Below, in pieces: positions 18,462-26,517 of a stretch of DNA of 40,488 nucleotides. The notes below the pieces were generated by a model. The model searched no databases. It was not told the origin of the DNA and was given only the letters and a program-made list of their open reading frames with translations. The DNA comes from a virus (lineage: Duplodnaviria > Caudoviricetes). The stretch lies in IMG/VR virus record IMGVR_UViG_3300049170_000065, positions 1-40,488 of that record. One strand, given 5' to 3'. The position numbers and the translations under genes are program-made. How positions within the stretch are numbered: the stretch's first letter is position 1; the number at the start of each line of letters is the position of its first letter.

Positions 18462-18635
18462 TCAGGCGGCGGTCGAGTCGGCGTCCGAGTACTCCCGCGC
18501 CGACGGCGCGAGGATGACGCTGAGCCGGTCCGCGATCTCGCGGGTCAGAGGCGGCGCGCACGCGATGTGGTAGGCCACCCACTCCTCGACGGAGGCGTCA
18601 CGCCCCGGAAGCGAGAGCCCCTCGGCGGCGCTCAT
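18462..18635 (-). CDS. Small protein after cro (57 aa); candidate excision/directionality factor
   Basis: Not in track; MSAAEGLSLPG...EEWVAYHIACAPPLTREIADRLSVIL; ATGA overlap with cro; function inferred from position only. Confidence 0.55.
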   Translation of the reverse strand: MSAAEGLSLPGRDASVEEWVAYHIACAPPLTREIADRLSVILAPSAREYSDADSTAA

Positions 18636-18865
18636 GCCGCACTCTCAGTGGATTCGGTCTCAGTGAGGAGAGCTCCGCGGTCGAGGCCGTAGAGACGTTC
18701 GAGCTTGCGCCGGACGGAGGGGGGCGGGCTGACCGCGCGCTCCCCCTCGTAGGCGTAAATGCTCTTGATGGAGCGGCCGACCTTCTCGGCGACCTCTTCG
18801 ACGTCGAGGCCCAGCTCGACACGGCGGGCCTTGGCGAGTTGCCGGTTGAATCGTGGCTGCCTCAT
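18632..18865 (-). CDS. Cro-like XRE HTH regulator
   Basis: KARRVELGLDVEEVAEKVGRSIKSIYAYEG; divergent from repressor. Confidence 0.85.
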   Translation of the reverse strand: MRQPRFNRQLAKARRVELGLDVEEVAEKVGRSIKSIYAYEGERAVSPPPSVRRKLERLYGLDRGALLTETESTESAA

Positions 18866-19042
18866 GAGAAAAAATTAGCACTCGCGAGCAGCTTTGAGAA
18901 GTATGAGTCAGATATTTCCGCCCCAACTCTCCTAGCTAAGTGCTCGTCAGTGCTCACAGTGAGGCCACAGTGACCCCGTGGTGGCGACATGAGGTACGTT
19001 AGGGGGTACTAACTTAGAAGAAGTTGGAATAGATTAGCCCTC
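18866..19042. promoter_or_regulatory. Lysis/lysogeny switch intergenic region
   Basis: AT-rich gap between divergent HTH genes; repeated AGTGCT motifs. Confidence 0.65.
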
Positions 19043-19555
19043 ATGAGCACCGACCGAACCCCACTCGAGCGCGCCATGAACCAGCGCCGACTCGAACTCG
19101 GTCTTCAGTGGACGGACATCCTCATCGCCGCAGGCGACGGGGATCGGCGACTGGGACCGGAGACACTGCGACGCCTCCGCGTCCAAGGCACCCCCGACGC
19201 CATCAGCGAGCTACGGGTATCCCGCATCGAACGCGCACTGCGGTGGCTACCCGGGTCGATCGCCCGCGTCGCCGACGGACTCGAACCCCTACCCGAGCCC
19301 GATCGGCCAGTGGAGCCCGCCACGACCACTCCCGACCCCGACGTGACTCTGACCCGCGTGGAGCACCCCACTCTTCACGACGACGAGACCCTCGTGTACG
19401 TCCCCGGCAGGAAGCCCGGCACCCGCATCTACGGCTTGACGGTCGCCGACGAGACCGGAGCCCAGTACCGGTTCGCCAAGGACACCCCGCTCGAAACCGT
19501 CATCCGCGAGCTCCGCAAGCTGGCCGGCGTCGTGCGCGCGGCAAGTCCGGATTAG
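19043..19555 (+). CDS. Immunity repressor (XRE-like HTH)
   Basis: LERAMNQRRLELGLQW...RIERALRWLPGSI pattern typical of actinophage repressors. Confidence 0.75.
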   Translation: MSTDRTPLERAMNQRRLELGLQWTDILIAAGDGDRRLGPETLRRLRVQGTPDAISELRVSRIERALRWLPGSIARVADGLEPLPEPDRPVEPATTTPDPDVTLTRVEHPTLHDDETLVYVPGRKPGTRIYGLTVADETGAQYRFAKDTPLETVIRELRKLAGVVRAASPD

Positions 19556-19784
19556 GCCACACCGCCGGTAAACCCATATCGCCCATAAAGCGTCAAAAGC
19601 GCCGAGAAATCGGCGCCATTCACCCATGCCCATGCATGATCACACTGGGTTATCCCAGGTGAGAGCCGTGATCTTTTTTGGCGGACCATATGGACAGTTC
19701 GGGTCCATGCTCCTAAAGTGACATTGATCCCCAAATTCCCCCGGGGCCACAGGCGCCTGCGAAACCCAATTTGCAGGGGGCCAT

Positions 19785-20156
19785 ATGACCATCATCCGCT
19801 CGCGACTGGCCGTACTCGACCCGGTCGCCCTACCGGTAGCGATCGACATCCTCCCGCTCGCGCAGCCCGACATCTCCAAGGTCGCCCGCTGCGTCCGAGA
19901 CGGACATGCGATCGTCGCCATGCACCCCGACTGCACGACGGAAGAGGCGATCGACGACGGCATAGAGGCCATGCTGCCGGACGAAACCTGTGAGTGGATG
20001 CAGTCGTTCGGGGTCCCCGTAGGAATCACCATCCCCTACAAGGAGTTCACACAGGACCCCATGAGATACCTGCACCACCTCCGCCACCTGCGCACCCTGC
20101 CCGACGCAATCCCTCCGGGGTACGCACTGGCGGATCGCCTCAGAAAACGGAAATAG
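19785..20156 (+). CDS. Hypothetical lysogeny-module protein (123 aa)
   Basis: AGGGGG RBS; between repressor and integrase. Confidence 0.55.
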   Translation: MTIIRSRLAVLDPVALPVAIDILPLAQPDISKVARCVRDGHAIVAMHPDCTTEEAIDDGIEAMLPDETCEWMQSFGVPVGITIPYKEFTQDPMRYLHHLRHLRTLPDAIPPGYALADRLRKRK

Positions 20157-20192
20157 CAAACTGGCCGACCTGGAGGGGACCGACCAGCGAAC

Positions 20193-20223
20193 CAGCCCCC
20201 GCCGCCCCGACGGGGGCTTCTTC
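20193..20223. terminator. Hairpin terminator between convergent genes
   Basis: AGCCCCCG-loop-CGGGGGCT followed by TCTT. Confidence 0.65.
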
Positions 20224-20227
20224 GTGC

Positions 20228-21646
20228 TCAGGCGCCGGCGCCCTTCCACCGGATGCCCACCGTCTCCGGACGGAACGTCCTCGTGCCGCGCCCCGGAGGA
20301 AACACCCACACCTCCATGAGCGCGTCGATCGCGAGGCTCTTCCGGGCATCGGGGTACGCCTCCCACGCCGCCCGCACATCCTCCCCTCGAAGAAGAGGTT
20401 CGATCGCTGACACCCGGCCCGCGTCGGCCATCGTCGCCTCGACCTCCTCCAGGCGCGCCCGTATGCGGGTCGTCCCCTCCTGGAGCTGCGTGGCCGTGAG
20501 CGTGCCGTCCGCGAACAGCCCTGCGATTTCGGTCAGTCGCGTGCGAAGCGACATCGCCTCAGCGCGTAGCGCGGACGCGTCGGGCCGGTCATCGTCCACG
20601 AGAAGATCCCGGGCATCCGGGGCGCTCAGCCGCCCGATGGCGACCTCGAACACGTACTCCTCTACCGGCACGGCCGACCTGGCGATGTGCCCGTAGGCGC
20701 CGCTGCAGCGGTACATGCGGTACCCGCGGGTCGCCCCGCCGGAGTGGATCGTCGCCCCGCAGGCGTCGGCGCCCTCCGCCTCAAGGAACTGCGACCACGT
20801 CCGGTAGGGGTATCCGCACCGTCCTACGCGGGTGAGTACGGAACGGGGGCGCGCGGTGCGGCGCTGACGGCCGTCGAAGACGGCGCGCACCGCGCGCCAG
20901 GTCTCTTCCTCGACGAGAGCGGGCCATTGCGCGGGCCCCACGATCTCCCCGCGCAATGCTCGCAGTCCGGCGTAGCGGGGGTTTTTCAGAACCTGGCGGA
21001 CACCATACGCCTCCCACTGCCGGGTCTGAGCCCAGTGGCCGGCCGCATTCCACTGGCGGGCGATCTCGGCGAGGCTCACGCCGGCAAGGTAGTCGGCGTA
21101 GCCCTGGCGGATCGCCTTTGCTTCGGCGGGGCGGATGGTCATGCCGTCCTGCTCGTAGCCGAACGGGCGGCGGCCGCCGACGCGGCGACCCTCCTGGGCG
21201 GCCTGGGCATTGGCGTCGCGGTGTCGGCGTGATTTCGTCTCGATCTCGCCGCGGGCGACGGACGCGAGGATGCGGCCGACGAGGCGGCCGGCGTCGGTGG
21301 AGAGGTCAACGTCACCTGCGGCGGTGGCGACCCGGACGCCGGTGCGCTCAGACAGGCTGATGAGGTGCTCCAGCTCGGACAGCGAGCGGGTGAGGCGGTC
21401 CATACGGTAGGCGACGACGTAGTCGACCTGGCCGTCCTCGATCATCTGGAGGAGGCGCTGGTAGAGGGGGCGCGGCTTCTTGCCTGAGGCGGAGGTGTCG
21501 TTCTCGCGGAGGACGTCGATGATGGTGATGCCGCGGGTTTCGCAGAGCATGCGGCAGGGGGGTTCCTGGCGGGCGATGGCGAGTCCGCTGCCCTCGCGGT
21601 CGAGGCTCTGCCGGAGATAGATGACTCCTCGGAATTTTCCGCTCAC
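20228..21646 (-). CDS. int: Large serine integrase
   Basis: Catalytic YLRQS, DRLTRS, GGRRPFGY, NPRYAG, Zn-ribbon Cys and coiled coil; probable leaderless GTG 7 nt after TACTCT. Confidence 0.95.
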   Translation of the reverse strand: MSGKFRGVIYLRQSLDREGSGLAIARQEPPCRMLCETRGITIIDVLRENDTSASGKKPRPLYQRLLQMIEDGQVDYVVAYRMDRLTRSLSELEHLISLSERTGVRVATAAGDVDLSTDAGRLVGRILASVARGEIETKSRRHRDANAQAAQEGRRVGGRRPFGYEQDGMTIRPAEAKAIRQGYADYLAGVSLAEIARQWNAAGHWAQTRQWEAYGVRQVLKNPRYAGLRALRGEIVGPAQWPALVEEETWRAVRAVFDGRQRRTARPRSVLTRVGRCGYPYRTWSQFLEAEGADACGATIHSGGATRGYRMYRCSGAYGHIARSAVPVEEYVFEVAIGRLSAPDARDLLVDDDRPDASALRAEAMSLRTRLTEIAGLFADGTLTATQLQEGTTRIRARLEEVEATMADAGRVSAIEPLLRGEDVRAAWEAYPDARKSLAIDALMEVWVFPPGRGTRTFRPETVGIRWKGAGA

Positions 21647-21741
21647 ATCTGCTAGAGTAGCATCCAGCGCAACCTCAGGGTGAGCTAAAGGCAATCGTTA
21701 CACGTTGTAGTAATCGGCGTAACCGCAGGTGAGGTGGGGTT

Positions 21742-21939
21742 GTGGCGAACTGGCACAACGTTCACGTGTCTGAGACAGCCACGGCCGAGGAGCACCGGAT
21801 CGAGGCGGCGCGCCTGCTGGACGACGTCTGGCTGGTGGTCCACCAATCTCGCCACGACTGGGGGTCGGCGGCCGTCACGAACATGCTGACCGCCGCGCGC
21901 GCCCACCTGCAACTCGCCGAGTTGAAGAGCCGCAACTGA
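21742..21939 (+). CDS. Hypothetical helical protein (65 aa)
   Basis: GAGGTG RBS. Confidence 0.5.
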   Translation: MANWHNVHVSETATAEEHRIEAARLLDDVWLVVHQSRHDWGSAAVTNMLTAARAHLQLAELKSRN

Positions 21940-22012
21940 AAACGCCCCCGGCCGGCGTTCGCGCGCCGAACCGAGGGCTGACCCAACCGCCTGCCAGTAC
22001 AGGAGTTGAGCT

Positions 22013-22237
22013 GTGATGACCGTACCTGACGTGGCCCCTGTGGTCGACGCCGACGCGCTCTCCCCCGCCATGGACTTCTTCGCGTCCGCCTCCTCGTTCT
22101 TCGCCCCCTCCGAATGGTTCGCCCTCACCGTCGCCCTTGCCGTGGTGGCCTGCCTGGCGCCGGGTGGGTGGCGTGACGCCCGCTGGCAGGAGATGACCGC
22201 CCGGCAGCGCGCCGAGGCGGGTCTCCCGCGCGCCTGA
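22013..22237 (+). CDS. Small membrane protein
   Basis: AGGAG RBS; one hydrophobic segment. Confidence 0.5.
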   Translation: MMTVPDVAPVVDADALSPAMDFFASASSFFAPSEWFALTVALAVVACLAPGGWRDARWQEMTARQRAEAGLPRA

Positions 22238-22323
22238 CCCGTGTGGTGCCTGTGCCTGCCCGCCGTCCTCGGGCGGGCGCGGGGACCGAACGGTTCACCC
22301 CCTACGCCACGCAGGAGAGCAGC

Positions 22324-23121
22324 ATGATCTTCACGGAGACGGCGTTCGTCGCCGACCTCGACCGGGTCCTCGGACCCGACCCTGGCCTGAACAACCTCGC
22401 CGACCATGCCCCCGACCCCTATCAGCGGCGGTATCAGCGGGCGTGGGCCAGCACCATGATTGCCCTGCACCAGGGCGGCGCTTTCTACGAGTACCGCGCC
22501 TACGCCGCCAAGCGGTCCAAGGCCATGAGCCACCTGAAGCTCGATTCGTGGACCCAGCTCGAACCCGACGTGCTCCGCACCTGGCGGCAGGACCTCTACG
22601 GTTTCCTGTGCGACGGGTGCGGTGGTGCGACGCCGCGCGTGCTGAACGCCGACATCGAGCAGATGTGCCGGGAGTGCGCCGAGCAATTCGGAGCCCGGCC
22701 GGTCGACGTGTCGCCCGTGTGGCGCCCGGCGTGCCACAGCGTGTTCGCGTGGCCGGGCCCGGACGTGAACGACCCCACCGCCAACACCAAGCCGCTGGTC
22801 ACCACGGACTGGAAGTCCGGGGACCGCCGGGTGTACGGGGCGGGCCACCTGACTGCGGTCCACCCCGGATCGACGGGCATCCCGGGCCTGGAGGTGCAGC
22901 ACAGCACCGCCACGGGCGACATGGACGCGCCGACGGTGTCGATGGGGGCGACGGCCGACCGGGGTGTGTCGATGACGGCGGAGTTCGTTTACGAGGGTGA
23001 CGACTTCCGGTTCGTGTCGGGGTTCGTGCGTACCGACAGCGGGGTTTCCGCGTTCGATGAGGTGCATGCGTTTCTCGGCGCGGTCCTGGACGGATCGGTT
23101 TCTGAGGATGGCAAGCGATGA
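22324..23121 (+). CDS. Hypothetical protein with CxxC...CxxC
   Basis: AGGAG RBS; CDGC...CREC; stop overlaps the next ATG. Confidence 0.6.
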   Translation: MIFTETAFVADLDRVLGPDPGLNNLADHAPDPYQRRYQRAWASTMIALHQGGAFYEYRAYAAKRSKAMSHLKLDSWTQLEPDVLRTWRQDLYGFLCDGCGGATPRVLNADIEQMCRECAEQFGARPVDVSPVWRPACHSVFAWPGPDVNDPTANTKPLVTTDWKSGDRRVYGAGHLTAVHPGSTGIPGLEVQHSTATGDMDAPTVSMGATADRGVSMTAEFVYEGDDFRFVSGFVRTDSGVSAFDEVHAFLGAVLDGSVSEDGKR

Positions 23122-23681
23122 GCACCCTGGCCGCTGCGGGCGGCGTGTACATGCTCCTCAGTCTGGGGCACCGGTGGGGCGACCACGGGCTGCAGACCAC
23201 CCACCAAGCCGTCACCAAGGGCAAGCCCGGCGGCGTGGGGAGGGCGGCGTGTGTCCGCCACGTTGCGACCCTCACCGTCACCCAGGCCGGGCTCCTCGCC
23301 GGCGCCGACCTCCTCCTCGGAACCGTTGGGGAGAGCGTGGGCAGCCGGGGCGCGGTCGCTGCGGCCCTGACGCTGAACGCCATCACCCACTACTGGGCGG
23401 ACCGCCGCACCACGCTCGACGGGCTCGCGTCCGCGATGCGGCAGGCGGAGTTCTACCGGTTCGGCACCGCCCTAGCGTCCGGGGCCTACGTCCTCGACCA
23501 GGACTGGCACCGGGTCTGGCTCGTACTGGCCGCCCTGCTGATCGTCGCCCCGACGTTCGCGTTCGGCGCCGCCATCGCCGTGGTGTCCCTGGTCCTGTTT
23601 GCCGCCGCGGTCGCCGCGTCCCGGTACGGGCGGCGCATGGACATCACCCCCCAGCTCAACGCACGCGAGGAGACGTCATGA
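23118..23681 (+). CDS. DUF3307-like membrane protein
   Basis: H..GDH.LQT..QA..K, HY.ADRR, LDQ.WH motifs. Confidence 0.7.
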   Translation: MSTLAAAGGVYMLLSLGHRWGDHGLQTTHQAVTKGKPGGVGRAACVRHVATLTVTQAGLLAGADLLLGTVGESVGSRGAVAAALTLNAITHYWADRRTTLDGLASAMRQAEFYRFGTALASGAYVLDQDWHRVWLVLAALLIVAPTFAFGAAIAVVSLVLFAAAVAASRYGRRMDITPQLNAREETS

Positions 23682-24244
23682 CCACCACCACCAAGAAGAC
23701 CAAGCAGTGCTGCGGCACGTCCGTCGGCGCCATCATCACCGACGAGGCCGGCCGCATGCTCATGGTCACCCGCGGCTGGCACCCCATCGGCATCGCCCCC
23801 GTCGCCGGCCACGCCCGCGACGTCCACTCCAGCGTCCTCGACGCGCTCGTCGCCGAGGTCCGCGAGGAAGTCGGCCTCACCGTCACCGGTCATCAGCAGG
23901 TGTGGGAGGGCCGCCTCGACAACCTGTGTTCCAACATGCCTGCGTCGCCCGCTGGCCACTACTGGTGGGTGCATGACGTCACCGCCTCCGGGACCGTGTC
24001 GGCTGCCCCCGTGGAAACCCGGGGTGCCGACTGGTACACGCCCGATCAGGTGCAGGCCCTCGCTGAACGGACGCTCGACCACGCCCACTCCGGGTTGGCC
24101 GCCGCCGACCAGCCGGTCGCCTCGCTGGAGGCGGTGTGGATCGAGTTGCTGCACCAGGCGGGGCGCATCCGGGTGCGCGACTTCGATCTGGAGGCCGCCC
24201 GCCGCCTGTACACGACCCCGCCCGCGACGTACTGGCGCGGCTGA
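23678..24244 (+). CDS. Nudix hydrolase
   Basis: SVGAII...AGH...AEVREEVGL (variant Nudix box). Confidence 0.82.
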   Translation: MTTTTKKTKQCCGTSVGAIITDEAGRMLMVTRGWHPIGIAPVAGHARDVHSSVLDALVAEVREEVGLTVTGHQQVWEGRLDNLCSNMPASPAGHYWWVHDVTASGTVSAAPVETRGADWYTPDQVQALAERTLDHAHSGLAAADQPVASLEAVWIELLHQAGRIRVRDFDLEAARRLYTTPPATYWRG

Positions 24245-24247
24245 CTC

Positions 24248-24394
24248 GTGCTGGAAACCGAGATCAACCTCGTGCTGACGTTGGCAGTCGTCGTGATCCT
24301 CGCGATCGCGGGATGGGTGCTCACCGGGAACCTGATCGTCGCCCTGATCGGCGCCGGGATCGGATTCATCATCAGTTTCGCATTCGACGTCTAG
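24248..24394 (+). CDS. 48 aa two-TM membrane protein
   Basis: Not in track; MLETEINLVLTLAVVVILAIAGWVLTGNLIVALIGAGIGFIISFAFDV. Confidence 0.6.
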   Translation: MLETEINLVLTLAVVVILAIAGWVLTGNLIVALIGAGIGFIISFAFDV

Positions 24395-24403
24395 GAGGAC
24401 GAC

Positions 24404-24580
24404 ATGGCGAAGGACAAGAAGAACGAAGCCAAGGACGTGAACGGTGCTGCGGTGCAGGCCGACCAGGTCAAGGGCGACGTCACTCAGAAGAAGATCAACG
24501 GCGGCATCGTCAACTACGGCGGCACCAACACCATCACCGGGTGCGTCGTCGGCGACGGCGCGACCATCATCAACCGCTGA
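24404..24580 (+). CDS. 58 aa G/N/V/I-rich beta-type protein
   Basis: Not in track; AGGAGG RBS; MAKDKKNEAKDVNGAAVQADQVKGDVTQKKINGGIVNYGGTNTITGCVVGDGATIINR. Confidence 0.7.
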   Translation: MAKDKKNEAKDVNGAAVQADQVKGDVTQKKINGGIVNYGGTNTITGCVVGDGATIINR

Positions 24581-24676
24581 ACGCAGCGCGGCCCGCCCCG
24601 ATGTCTGCACGACCGGGCGGGCCGCCGAATCCCCCTGATCACCACACGCACAGACGCGCACGGAAGGAGACTCCCC

Positions 24677-24928
24677 ATGATGCTAACCGCTGACGAGGGG
24701 CCCCCCATGCGCGTCGTGCTGTCCATCTACATCGTCACCGCCGCGATCACCGCATGGCGCTACCAGGACGAGTACTGGTTCATCGTGCACGGCGTCGGCG
24801 CTGTGGCTGGGTTCATCGCCCTGTGCTACGGGGTTCACCTCGCTGGACTGGTTGGTGATCTGGAGCGCGAGATCCACGGCCCGGACGAAGACGAAACCGA
24901 CCGATACCTGGAGGGTTGGGATGACTGA
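24677..24928 (+). CDS. Small membrane protein
   Basis: AAGGAG RBS; two hydrophobic segments. Confidence 0.6.
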   Translation: MMLTADEGPPMRVVLSIYIVTAAITAWRYQDEYWFIVHGVGAVAGFIALCYGVHLAGLVGDLEREIHGPDEDETDRYLEGWDD

Positions 24929-26483
24929 GCCCACCGACACCCCGGCCCCCGCGGCTCCCGCCCCGGTGGTCGTCCCCGAGCCACCGAAGGCGGACGACAC
25001 CAAGACCACCAAGGACAAGGAGGAGCCGGGCGCATTTCCGGCCGGCCAGGTCGCCGTCGGCGGGGTCGGAGCCGCTGTGCTCGGGTCCGCCGCCGTCGCG
25101 TCCGTCGTCGGCCCGATCGGGTGGCTGGCCGCACCGGTCGCCGCGGGGGTGGCCGGCGCCGGGTACGTGGCGTACAAGACCCGCCGCCGCGGTCGTGGCG
25201 GTCGTGACGGTTCTGGCCGCCAGGGCCGGTCGCAGTCGGGTTCGCCCCGGCGTGCTGCGGCCGGGTCCCGCATGGGCGGGGTCGGTGGTTCGTCTGGCAC
25301 CCGGAGCGGCGGGGCGGCGGGGCGGTCGCCGTCAGCGGCTCCGGCTCTGCGTCGGTCGGGTGGCGGGGGTTCCGTGTCGTCGCGGCCGGGCGCCCGCGGT
25401 TCTGGTGGCGGTCAGCGCGGCACCTCGCCCCGCCCCGGCGGCGGGGGTCGTGCGGTGAACCCGCGCCCCGCGCCGCGCCTGGGCGGGTCGCGGCCGGCGG
25501 GCGGGGGCAACCGGCCCGGGCCCGGCGGTACGTCGAGCACTAAGCCCCGCGCCACCACTCCCCGCGGCGGCCAGGACCCGTCGTCCTCGAAGCGCTCGAC
25601 GCGGGCCGACCGCCCCGGCTCCGGTCCCGCGCCCTCTCCGCGACCTGCTGGAGGGTCCATGCCCAAGAACCGGTGGGGCGGCGCTGCCGGCCCCACCACC
25701 CGCCCCGAGGGCCGGGTCAAGCGGGCCGCGAAGTCCGCGCGCGACTGGGCGGATGACCGCACCGGCCGCAAAGCGTCCACCGCGTGGCGTGCGGCGCGGG
25801 GTGAGCGCGGGTTCCGCGCCCGGTCCCGTGCGGCCCGCCACGCTGTGCGCCAGTCGGGCGGGGGCCGGGTCATCTCCGGCCTCGTCGGCGCCCTCGCCGC
25901 AATCTTCGCCGGATTCTCCGCCCTGTTCGGCCCCCGCACGGTGCGGTCCGCGAAGGCGGACGCTGAGGCTGCCGCCCAGGAGCAGGCCGCACAGGCAGCG
26001 CAGGACCAGGCCACCGACGCGTCCCCGGGCCCCGCGGGCGCGGCCGGCCAGCCCGCCGCCGCCCAGCCCGCCGGGCACACCCCGAACGCCCAGAAGCAGA
26101 CCACCACCGCGGCTACGGCCGCACCCACCACAGGAGGAACCACCATGGCCGGACTGCCCGCCGCTCAGATCGCCCACGACATGGCCAGTTCCATGTCCCG
26201 CTATGAACCCGTCGACGCCTGGCAGGTCGTCGCGGAGTCCCGGCAGTGGACCGACGTGCCCATGCAGGTCGCCATGTCCGTGAAGGCCTACGCCGACCGC
26301 CTCGACGGCGCCCGCTTCCCTCTGAACCCCGCAGTAGTGGAGAAGCTCCGCGAGTTCTTCCAGGCGATCGCTGCCACCCGGTCCATCGCCGAGGAGATCG
26401 AACCGCTGCTGCGCCGCGCCCACGAAGACGACATCGCCCGCCGCGAGTCCCCCCGCGGCGACGAGACCAAGTGGAACATCTGA
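24921..26483 (+). CDS. Membrane-anchored low-complexity transfer-associated protein (TraA-like position)
   Basis: TM segments, G/R/S/P-rich linker, helical C-terminal domain; immediately upstream of the TraB-like gene. Confidence 0.6.
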   Translation: MTEPTDTPAPAAPAPVVVPEPPKADDTKTTKDKEEPGAFPAGQVAVGGVGAAVLGSAAVASVVGPIGWLAAPVAAGVAGAGYVAYKTRRRGRGGRDGSGRQGRSQSGSPRRAAAGSRMGGVGGSSGTRSGGAAGRSPSAAPALRRSGGGGSVSSRPGARGSGGGQRGTSPRPGGGGRAVNPRPAPRLGGSRPAGGGNRPGPGGTSSTKPRATTPRGGQDPSSSKRSTRADRPGSGPAPSPRPAGGSMPKNRWGGAAGPTTRPEGRVKRAAKSARDWADDRTGRKASTAWRAARGERGFRARSRAARHAVRQSGGGRVISGLVGALAAIFAGFSALFGPRTVRSAKADAEAAAQEQAAQAAQDQATDASPGPAGAAGQPAAAQPAGHTPNAQKQTTTAATAAPTTGGTTMAGLPAAQIAHDMASSMSRYEPVDAWQVVAESRQWTDVPMQVAMSVKAYADRLDGARFPLNPAVVEKLREFFQAIAATRSIAEEIEPLLRRAHEDDIARRESPRGDETKWNI

Positions 26484-26517
26484 CCCCTTAGCTGCACCTG
26501 AACGGAAGGAGCCGACG

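Noticed and set aside
19785-20156. Possible ImmA/IrrE-like protease by position
   Set aside because: No HExxH motif
21650-21665. 7-8 nt matches between spacer 2 (TGCTAGAG, GATGCTA) and the integrase promoter palindrome
   Set aside because: Too short to distinguish from chance; no extended pairing seen
25190-25720. G/R/S/P-rich repetitive stretch
   Set aside because: Low-complexity protein linker with no regular DNA period
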